Source: Octopus bimaculoides
Lineage: Eukaryota
Assembly (NCBI RefSeq): GCF_001194135.2
Contig: NC_068983.1
Location: 153,016,694-153,052,324, forward strand
DNA: 35,631 nt
Direction: 5' to 3'
In this document: piece after piece, positions 25,838-35,631 of the stretch
Position numbering within the stretch: the stretch's first letter is position 1
How the letters are laid out: each line of letters starts with the position of its first letter
Program-made: the position numbers and the translations under genes
Notes under the pieces: model-generated
Databases searched by the model: none
What the model saw: the letters and a program-made list of their open reading frames with translations, nothing else
What the model was told of the DNA's origin: nothing

Positions 25838-26490
25838 GGATCTATTTCAAAACGGGGGCACCAGTATTTTCTTAACGAAACACAAACGAAACACTTTGAA
25901 ACTTGGGACTCTGGTACAATGTGTCATATAAAACATCTTTTACTCTTAGTCTTCTTAACAAAAAAACGTACATCGCAAGTTATTCCATGTTAAAGTTGTA
26001 TTTCTGTAATTTCAACCAATCACTGACGTCTATTCAGCTGAATAGAGTTACTGCTGGCGGTCATAAAAATGTTATTCCCTGTGACATATTTCATCCGGTT
26101 TAATCGTAATTTATACGCATATATAATAAATTACGCTGTGCATATCTGTGTGTAACAATTTTAGAGTTCGGATTCTAGAGTTAGGGTTAGTTTTAGGGTT
26201 AGTGTTAGGGTTAGGGTTAGGGTTAACAGTCTAGTTAGGGTTAGGGTTAGGGGATTAATACGATATACACCGTTACAGCGCTAACTGTTTTTAACTGAAT
26301 AGACGTCAGTGATTAGTAGAAATTATCGAAATAAGACAATTTTTTACATGAAATAAATTCGAATAGAAAACATTTTTTTTCTGTTCTATAACACAAAATA
26401 GATAAGTACACGAAGTTTGAAAGTCTTTCGGTACCAAAACACTACATAAAACATAAATGAAAACTGGTGCCCCCGTTTTGAAATAGATCC
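25838..26490. mobile_element. Foldback/MITE-like non-autonomous element with about 200-bp imperfect inverted arms and a TTAGGG core
   Basis: Perfect 28-bp terminal inverted repeat (25838-25865 / 26463-26490) and perfect 20-bp inner inverted block (26018-26037 / 26295-26314), with recognisable similarity in between. No ORF and no clear TSD. Confidence 0.8.
26181..26252 (+). repeat. Interstitial telomere-type (TTAGGG)n, degenerate
   Basis: About 8 TTAGGG units mixed with variants, inside the foldback element. Confidence 0.9.
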
Positions 26491-27104
26491 TGGTTTTGTA
26501 CTACTCCGGTAATAACAACCCTCCAACTGATGACTCTGTTCGGGTATTCGTTGCTGCTGAGGCTTTTGTGAAATCGGAGTGTAAATAGTGCAGCAAATTA
26601 TTTTAGTTGCATTTTAGGACACGCAGAAAAAACGCTGGGTCTCTTGACACCCTCTATTTAATATCTAAAATATTACTTTATACCAAATGTTGCAAGACAC
26701 ATGTCACGAGAAACTGCTATTAAAAAATCTCATAAACGGATTGACTTAAAAATTGAAGTTTGTTCTTTGCATGTGATGAAGTTGTCTGTTTTATTCTTAT
26801 GCTCACAAAGGAGACCCAGCAGTGAATTTCCCATTCTAATACAAAGAAGTAATTTCTTAGAATCTATTTTGAGCTATATACAATTTAGATTTAACATATT
26901 TAGTTAAGGCAGCATGCTAATAGAGAATAGAATGAAATCGAACGGCAAAAATATATTAATCGTCTCTGGTAGTAATTTTGTTTTGTAACTCTCTTGTTTA
27001 ACATTCACTCAAACTGTGCGGCAACATGAATGTCTTGTACGATATTATTCGTGATCGATGTCTTGTGAATGTGAATATACGAGTGTGTGATTGTGTAAAT
27101 GTAA

Positions 27105-27428
27105 TTTAAAATTAAAATTGACTTCACTTGCGCCTCTGAAAATCTCATCTACTTCATAACATGTTCCGGCTACAGTAGAAGCTATATAGGTTCCGAAGCC
27201 ATGTCCCTAAGGCGTAGATCTATACAACATAAACTAAAAATCTACCACACCCAATACCATCAAATACCACTCAGTGGTAACATAGGCTGACATGCCAAAG
27301 AACGCAAACCACAATTCACAATATTCCCACTATACCAATGCACGGAAAGGACCTCAACTCAACAATGACTAAATAAAGAGGCTACATTTATTGAAAAATA
27401 CAAACCCGAACTTCACAGGAATATATAA
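27105..27428 (+). mobile_element. Decayed Penelope-like element, GIY-YIG endonuclease domain
   Basis: One frame reads FKIKIDFTCASENLIYFITCSGYSRSYIGSEAMSLRRRSIQHKLKI...QIPLSGNIG*HAK...FTIFPLYQ...*LNKEATFIEKYKPELH. It shows the N-L-I-Y...Y-I-G motif, R..H and terminal E..FI..Y.P.L, with two internal stops. Confidence 0.8.
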
Positions 27429-28516
27429 TGGACTTAACAAAGAAAAAAAAACAGAAAAAGGGTGAAAAGATTTCCCTCCCCTTAACTAAGAAATATTATA
27501 TACACCGATTATCCCTTGAGACAAAAAACATTATATCCGTTGATCATCCCGCTTGAGCTATACTCTCCTGTATAAATCAAAAATTTAACTTGATTTTATA
27601 AAATCGAGTAGTGATTAGCGAAGCGAACCAGTCGACTACGTATATATTCGAATGGATTAAATAATCCTTATCTACACATGCAAGATTTCTCTGGTTTTCC
27701 TCTTAAACCTTATCTATCGATATCTATCTATCTATCTCTATGTATATATATATATATATATATATNNNNNNNNNNNNNNNNNNNNNNNNNNNNNNNNNNN
27801 NNNNNNNNNNNNNNNNNNNNNNNNNNNNNNNNNNNNNNNNNNNNNNNNNNNNNNNNNNNNNNNNNNNNNNNNNNNNNNNNNNNNNNNNNNNNNNNNNNNN
27901 NNNNNNNNNNNNNNNNNNNNNNNNNNNNNNNNNNNNNNNNNNNNNNNNNNNNNNNNNNNNNNNNNNNNNNNNNNNNNNNNNNNNNNNNNNNNNNNNNNNN
28001 NNNNNNNNNNNNNNNNNNNNNNNNNNNNNNNNNNNNNNNNNNNNNNNNNNNNNNNNNNNNNNNNNNNNNNNNNNNNNNNNNNNNNNNNNNNNNNNNNNNN
28101 NNNNNNNNNNNNNNNNNNNNNNNNNNNNNNNNNNNNNNNNNNNNNNNNNNNNNNNNNNNNNNNNNNNNNNNNNNNNNNNNNNNNNNNNNNNNNNNNNNNN
28201 NNNNNNNNNNNNNNNNNNNNNNNNNNNNNNNNNNNNNNNNNNNNNNNNNNNNNNNNNNNNNNNNNNNNNNNNNNNNNNNNNNNNNNNNNNNNNNNNNNNN
28301 NNNNNNNNNNNNNNNNNNNNNNNNNNNNNNNNNNNNNNNNNNNNNNNNNNNNNNNNNNNNNNNNNNNNNNNNNNNNNNNNNNNNNNNNNNNNNNNNNNNN
28401 NNNNNNNNNNNNNNNNNNNNNNNNNNNNNNNNNNNNNNNNNNNNNNNNNNNNNNNNNNNNNNNNNNNNNNNNNNNNNNNNNNNNNNNNNNNNNNNNNNNN
28501 NNNNNNNNNNNNNNNN

Positions 28517-28555
<39 letters not shown>

Positions 28556-29374
28556 ATGTGTGTATGTGAGATATTAATAAAAAGAGTTGTCTGCAACGTT
28601 AAAGAAAAATGATAGTTGTCATCTAAACTTGACTAAGGGTGTGAATAACACTTACATTGTGAGAATAACTCGCTTACCAGAGTATAAAATCATAAAAATC
28701 TATGGATGATTCAGCGGATTGCTAATGTGTACACTAAAATTTAATAAAAACAACTGTTTGCATGTTTTACGGTAAAGGAAAATTACTATCGTCAAGTGAA
28801 CTTGAGTAAGAGTGTGAATAGCAGTTACATTGCTAGAAATAGGAGCTAAAATGGTCCACCGATGTTACAAAGTATAGCTCCTGTCAGAGTATATGTTATG
28901 TAGTTTGTAACAGCTTTGGAGCATGTAAGCTCCTATTACTAGCAATGTACACACACACACACACACGCACACAAACACCCCCCCACACACACACACATAT
29001 ATATATATATAATTATTGGGAATAGTGACACAACAAGGCAGAACTATTTGCTGGTAATAGCAGTCGATAACCGTACGACGCTGAGTAAAACTTCCCCGAA
29101 TGCATACTGGCAAAGATAAATGGACAACCCAGAATGGATAACCTAGTACGCGATAACCATTTACACGCACCCTCACACACACACACTCACACGCATGTGT
29201 GCACTAACTCAGACGCATATATATCATTACATGGAAATATAAAAGAAAATATAGATGATTTGTCTATAGTCATCAAACGTTGGTGCTGTATTTAAGCTCA
29301 CATCCTCGATCAAATGAATATTGCTTGTACTGTTGCAGAGTGTGCTATAACTTAGCTATCCAAGTAATCGCAAA

Positions 29375-29480
29375 ACAACGTGAAATGAAAAGTTTTGCTC
29401 AAGAATACAACGCATCACTTCGTCGAGGTGTCGAAACCACGAATCTTGCAATCCTGAGTGCAACAGCCTAGTCGGTAGGT
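29375..29480 (-). mobile_element. SINE family D, tRNA-like head fragment
   Basis: Reverse strand reads aggctgttgcactcaggattgcaagattcgtggtttcgacacc...gatgcgttgtattcttgagcaaaac: a B-box-like ggtttcga followed by a conserved-looking ttcttgagcaaaac. Confidence 0.5.
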
Positions 29481-30477
29481 CATGTACTTACAATGTATGC
29501 GTTTATATATATATATATATNNNNNNNNNNNNNNNNNNNNNNNNNNNNNNNNNNNNNNNNNNNNNNNNNNNNNNNNNNNNNNNNNNNNNNNNNNNNNNNN
29601 NNNNNNNNNNNNNNNNNNNNNNNNNNNNNNNNNNNNNNNNNNNNNNNNNNNNNNNNNNNNNNNNNNNNNNNNNNNNNNNNNNNNNNNNNNNNNNNNNNNN
29701 NNNNNNNNNNNNNNNNNNNNNNNNNNNNNNNNNNNNNNNNNNNNNNNNNNNNNNNNNNNNNNNNNNNNNNNNNNNNNNNNNNNNNNNNNNNNNNNNNNNN
29801 NNNNNNNNNNNNNNNNNNNNNNNNNNNNNNNNNNNNNNNNNNNNNNNNNNNNNNNNNNNNNNNNNNNNNNNNNNNNNNNNNNNNNNNNNNNNNNNNNNNN
29901 NNNNNNNNNNNNNNNNNNNNNNNNNNNNNNNNNNNNNNNNNNNNNNNNNNNNNNNNNNNNNNNNNNNNNNNNNNNNNNNNNNNNNNNNNNNNNNNNNNNN
30001 NNNNNNNNNNNNNNNNNNNNNNNNNNNNNNNNNNNNNNNNNNNNNNNNNNNNNNNNNNNNNNNNNNNNNNNNNNNNNNNNNNNNNNNNNNNNNNNNNNNN
30101 NNNNNNNNNNNNNNNNNNNNNNNNNNNNNNNNNNNNNNNNNNNNNNNNNNNNNNNNNNNNNNNNNNNNNNNNNNNNNNNNNNNNNNNNNNNNNNNNNNNN
30201 NNNNNNNNNNNNNNNNNNNNNNNNNNNNNNNNNNNNNNNNNNNNNNNNNNNNNNNNNNNNNNNNNNNNNNNNNNNNNNNNNNNNNNNNNNNNNNNNNNNN
30301 NNNNNNNNNNNNNNNNNNNNNNNNNNNNNNNNNNNNNNNNNNNNNNNNNNNNNNNAAAATAGGACAAAAGTTTGTGTGTTACATAGCTAGCTAGTGGTAA
30401 TGGCCTCTTGGAGCTAATCAACAGCAGCATTCGTCTTGTTTTCCTGGACTGCCATGTTAGCTTGGCGATAACTATTA

Positions 30478-30515
<38 letters not shown>

Positions 30516-30969
30516 AAATAAGGATTCAGATAGAATTAGGGACTTGAGAAGATATGCACCAAGTAGGGTTGGATAAACCTATGGTTCCAGCCTATGGTTG
30601 TTAAGTATTAAATAGGATATCCTGGTTGTGTACACATATAAAACAAACGCTATGAGTATTTACCGCCTAGGGCTGGTTCAAATCGTGCGTACCTTTAAAT
30701 TGTACGCTGTTGGTATACTCTAGTGTGTCCGACAAGTCGTAAATTTGCATGGTGTATGATAATCAAATGAATAATAACATATAATGGATAATGGTTAGTT
30801 CATTACAGCTGTTTTATACGTATCAGCTTTAATACAAGAATGAGAACATTACTCCATTGCAAAAAAAACTGTAATCATCAGATGGAATGTAATTTTATAA
30901 ACAAAAGAATATCTCAAGATCTTGGCCAACAACGAAATAGAGATAATACATGTATATGCAGGTAATGCA

Positions 30970-30974
30970 TACAC

Positions 30975-31020
<46 letters not shown>
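30970..31020. repeat. (CA)n directly upstream of a SINE A copy
   Basis: Directly visible. Confidence 0.95.
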
Positions 31021-31023
<3 letters not shown>

Positions 31024-31392
31024 GTGGCTGTGTGGTGCGAAACTTTCTTCCCAACCACATAATTTGGGGTTAAGTCCCACTGCGTAAATGTCTTCCACTA
31101 TAGCCACTGACCGACCAAAGTCTTCTTAGTGGATTTGGTAGACGGAAACTGAAAGAATCCTGTCTCTCTCTATATATATGTATACATCTATATGTTTATC
31201 CCCACACTGCATATCTCCCTGTGCTAGTGTGTTTACGTCTCCGTAGCTTCTCGGCTTGACATAGAGACTGATAGAATAAGTGCAAGGCTTAAAAAATACG
31301 TTCTGGGGTCGATTTGGTTGACTAAAAGAACATCTTCAAGATGGTGACCCAGTATAGCCGTAGTATAAATTCTAAAACAAGAGAATAAAGGA

Positions 31393-31395
<3 letters not shown>
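31021..31395 (+). mobile_element. SINE family A, near full-length diverged copy
   Basis: gtggctgtgtgg head, gtggatttggtagacggaaactgaaag, TA-rich linker, then gtgtgtttacgtc...ggggtcgattt...aaacaagagaataaag tail. Confidence 0.8.
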
Positions 31396-31431
<36 letters not shown>

Positions 31432-32038
31432 NNNNNNNNNNNNNNNNNNNNNNNNNNNNNNNNNNNNNNNNNNNNNNNNNNNNNNNNNNNNNNNNNNNNN
31501 NNNNNNNNNNNNNNNNNNNNNNNNNNNNNNNNNNNNNNNNNNNNNNNNNNNNNNNNNNNNNNNNNNNNNNNNNNNNNNNNNNNNNNNNNNNNNNNNNNNN
31601 NNNNNNNNNNNNNNNNNNNNNNNNNNNNNNNNNNNNNNNNNNNNNNNNNNNNNNNNNNNNNNNNNNNNNNNNNNNNNNNNNNNNNNNNNNNNNNNNNNNN
31701 NNNNNNNNNNNNNNNNNNNNNNNNNNNNNNNNNNNNNNNNNNNNNNNNNNNNNNNNNNNNNNNNNNNNNNNNNNNNNNNNNNNNNNNNNNNNNNNNNNNN
31801 NNNNNNNNNNNNNNNNNNNNNNNNNNNNNNNNNNNNNNNNNNNNNNNNNNNNNNNNNNNNNNNNNNNNNNNNNNNNNNNNNNNNNNNNNNNNNNNNNNNN
31901 NNNNNNNNNNNNNNNNNNNNNNNNNNNNNNNNNNNNNNNNNNNNNNNNNNNNNNNNNNNNNNNNNNNNNNNNNNNNNNNNNNNNNNNNNNNNNNNNNNNN
32001 NNNNNNNNNNNNGTGTATTTGGAAAGTACAATATTGTT

Positions 32039-32391
32039 TGGCACACCGTCGCGGGTTCCAGTTGATCCAATCAAAGGGAACGCCTGCTCGTGAAATTAAC
32101 GTGCAAGTGGCTGAGCACTCAACAGACACGTGTACCCTTAACGTAGTTCTCGGGGATATTCAGCGTGACACAGTGTGACAAGGCTGACCCTTTGACTTAC
32201 AGACACAACAGAAACAGGAAGAAAGAGTGAGAGAATGTTGTGGTGAAAGAGTACAGCAGGGTTCGCCACCATCCCTTGCTTGAACCTCGTGGAGCTTTAG
32301 GCGTTTTCGCTCACAACACCCGGTCTGGGAATCGAGACCGCAATTCTATGACCGCGATTCCGCTGCCCCAACCACTGTGCCATTGCGCCTC
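32039..32391 (-). mobile_element. SINE family C, full-length tRNA-derived SINE
   Basis: Reverse strand starts gaggcgcaatggcacagtggtt (A box), then gtctcgattccc (B box), then a low-divergence-looking body including ccacttgcacgttaatttcacgagcagg, recalled as a high-copy octopus repeat. Confidence 0.85.
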
Positions 32392-33621
32392 GACTGGAAA
32401 GTATAATGAACAAGGTATATTTAAGCATATTGCAAAGAAGGGATTTTATTTCTTTAACTACCAGCTCCGAGAAGAATGTTGATACTTCTTTCCGCAATTG
32501 CAACGCGTCAACAGAAGCAAGATTGAGAGAAGAACTATTACAACTAACTTTGTTTATACTGTGAGATGAACTCTGCACTGCATGATACGAAAAGATACCA
32601 GTGCTGTATAATACTGCTGTGACAAATAACGTTGTGTGTACGTGAAATTAATACCGGCAGCTAAGTGAATGAAATACGTATACTCCAACATACATACGTA
32701 CATATCTTTCAAATAAGTGAGCGTGCATGTTAGCGGGCAAGTGATTGCTTCTCTGTGTATCTACGTGTGTGTATTTTACTGTGTGCATATGGTTGAGTGT
32801 CTGTGTGAATTCATAAGCACATAGATTTATACATCTAAGTATATCCTTAATATTTGTAACTTTTCTTTGATTTGACTAAGTTAATTTATATATATAAAAA
32901 AATTAACTTTTCATAACAGAAGAATCAAAATCTTATAACTAGAAAAAATAAATAAAAACCTGAGTAAACACAAAGACAAAACAAGCATCATGTAAATATG
33001 AAACAGAAGTAGAGCACTGATTAGTAATTCTTTCAAGTATTTCAAAGTTTCTTCGCAATATTAACTTGAAACGAGAATAATTGAATGAGTAAATATATTG
33101 ACATCTCAGGCGTACTTGTATCTTATTTGTTTTCACTTCCCATAAACTAACTAAAATATTACCGTGTATGTATGTGTATGTGTGTGTGTTCCGGCCATTG
33201 TAACCTGATGCTGAATACTAAAATGCGATCGATAAATAATTAACAATAATGACGACATATAAGGCTGCTACAATAGCCCTCATAAGGAATATGGGATAGA
33301 TTTTAACAATTCAGGAGAATCACATTAAAAAGAAAACAAGTTCTAATACTTATTTAGCGCGAGGAAAGGCTGAACTTGTACAAAATACATTGACGAGTTT
33401 CTTCGTCTCCCCAGCATTAATATATGATATAGCAGCAGTAAACTAACAAATTCCCATAAGAAGAACGCGGCGTTGTGTCAAGCAAATTTCTACAATAATG
33501 ATTGTTATCTAACTATTGCTTTGAAATGAATCACACGAATATAAACAAAATTACTCTGGATTTGTTAATGTCTTTGCTATGTCTAGCAATAAGTTAATAG
33601 AGTAATTGATATAGGTTGTAA

Positions 33622-33627
33622 ACACAC

Positions 33628-33666
<39 letters not shown>

Positions 33667-33693
33667 CACAGTCAGACATGCGTGTGTGTGTGT

Positions 33694-33730
<37 letters not shown>

Positions 33731-33747
33731 TGTGTGTGCGTGCGTGT
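33622..33747. repeat. (CA)n followed closely by (TG)n
   Basis: CA run 33622-33663 and TG run about 33682-33747. Confidence 0.95.
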
Positions 33748-34157
33748 TTTTAGTGAAGTATTGTCATAATTATAATTCCACATTTGAAACATGGTAAGTA
33801 AATACTCGGTTTCAAATGCCCCAGAAAATAATTTGTTTTTCAATATTTCACATTTAAATTTGTTTATATTTCTAACGTATTCGAGTTTTGTGCATCACAG
33901 ATCACACTTTTTAATTTCTATACAGTATGAATATATTCCAATATATTCATAATAGTACAGAAGTTAATGGTCTGATTCATAGACCAGCGACGCCTGAACA
34001 TTTAATTTATATAAACAAATATAAACGAGAAAACAATTAAAAAATTCCTTATTTTGTACAACACATGATATTTTCAAACGTTTACTGGTTTTTCAATGCT
34101 AGGATTATTTAACTGAACAATTTCAATAATGATAGTGCCCCAATATAAACAATATAT

Positions 34158-34194
<37 letters not shown>

Positions 34195-34699
34195 TCTGAA
34201 GGACAATTTTTGTCTGCCATTGTTACAATTGCTGGTAAAACACTTTTTAACTACTATCCCATTAGAAGTTTCAGTAAACATAATTTTAAATCAACATTGA
34301 CAAATTTACTTATGAAACGAGACGAGTATACTATCTCACGTGGTATTTGAACTAGCGTACTAACGTTTTGGAGATGCCGTTTAAATTAAAGTGAATTTTT
34401 AAAAACCTATTTAGAATTTCAACTACTTTTGCTATAACATTTATGAAGCGACCGCGTTTATAACTGCCAAACACTTGCTTGATATGTTGCATAAAATACA
34501 GCAATATTTACCATAGAAGATGCCTTTTGGGGATGATGCTGACAGATTTCATATTACGTTGGAAGAAGTTGTAGTCTCACATTCTCCAAACAAGATAGCA
34601 CCTTGTCATCATAATCTATATCTATTCACCATCCAACCCTCAACAACGATGTCATAATCACCTGGGCAGCATGACAGAAAACTAATGAATAAAAAAAAA

Positions 34700-34902
34700 G
34701 TAGGATATTAAATAACATACACCAAGGGTTTACCTCCTCTATGTACAACCAAACGCTGATTCTTACTGAAAATACTGCATATCGCATGGATGGTAGAATT
34801 TTGAATTTCATGGATTGCATGCTAGATTTGTACATGGCATATAATCAGGTGAATGATGTACTTTGGACAGGGAATACAAGACACATTTTAGAGAAATGTT
34901 AA
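34700..34902 (+). mobile_element. Possible decayed LINE reverse transcriptase fragment
   Basis: HQGFTSSMYNQTLILTENTAYRMDGRILNFMDCMLDLYMAYNQVNDVLW resembles the QxGF...hD-hxKAFDxV region of CR1/L2/RTE-type RTs. Highly diverged. Confidence 0.4.
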
Positions 34903-35586
34903 CAACGGTGAGATATCATGTAGGCACGTACAACACATCCTTTGTTGCTGAACTTTAAAGGAAATAGGAAAATAAGATCTGTATATTAATGTGTGAGATT
35001 TAGGAATACTCATACTGGTTATCTTTAGAAGGTTTGAAGTCTGCAATATGGTGCGTTGTAACTACAGCCGACACCAATAATTAGAATCTACATTAGAATC
35101 AACTGACTTCGGTTGGTTTTCACATAAGATGTTTCAGAAAAATTAGATAATCCTTCCTCACAACAACATGCAAAACAAGAATGTGTGCATCAATTGACAT
35201 TAAATATGTATATTATGTGAAAACATGTATAGCTGAATGTATTCATCTACCCCCCCCCCCAAAAAAAAAAGGAAATGTATGAAGTAATAATAATCACATG
35301 TCAATATACAACAAATATCGTTCTGGAAAAACATAGGGCGCTAACAGGTTTGTCACAAAAGAAAATAATCGATATTCTGTTTGGAAAAAAAAAAAAAAAA
35401 TTTAATCTAAAACCCACAAAGGAAACTCAAATTCATAAGGAGGGTTTTTTTGTAAACATACAGAAAACAGAAAATTCTCTAAAATTTCAAAACATTAGAA
35501 CTCTTTTATGAAATGACAAAATATTTGAACTTCCTATTAAAGAAAAGACAGGAGCTGTTTCAAAATATGTGCGTGTGTACGCGTGC

Positions 35587-35631
<45 letters not shown>

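Noticed and set aside
26181-26252. True telomere or chromosome end
   Set aside because: Short, degenerate, internal and enclosed by inverted arms.
27127-27208. Minus-strand peptide GHGFGTYIASTVAG resembling subtilisin HGT or lipase GxSxG motifs
   Set aside because: It is the antisense of the much better Penelope GIY-YIG frame, and the catalytic residues are absent.
22300-32391. tRNA genes suggested by A/B boxes
   Set aside because: The boxes belong to SINE heads, with no cloverleaf or acceptor stem.

Overview
AT-rich, microsatellite-dense animal genomic DNA with seven N gaps (about 3.5 kb in total). The interspersed repeat repertoire looks like an octopus or other coleoid cephalopod genome; this is recalled similarity, not a database result. 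There are no prokaryotic features, rRNA, genuine tRNA genes or CRISPR arrays, and nearly all ORFs in the supplied track are artefacts of gaps or simple repeats. Reading splice signals by hand gives eight minus-strand candidate exons (24467 to 530) that join in frame into an approximately 300-aa protein fragment I cannot assign to a family, with a possible alternative hydrophobic terminal exon. The rest is intron-like or intergenic: about 15 copies of four tRNA-derived SINE families, a decayed L1/Tx1-like endonuclease, a decayed Penelope GIY-YIG domain, weaker LINE remnants, a retroelement 3' end apparently inserted into a (TAA)n array, and a 653-bp foldback element with long inverted arms around a TTAGGG core. 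I see no firm evidence of a new biological system. The best leads are the unassigned gene and its splicing, the telomeric-core foldback element and the TAA-targeted insertion. TE boundaries are approximate.
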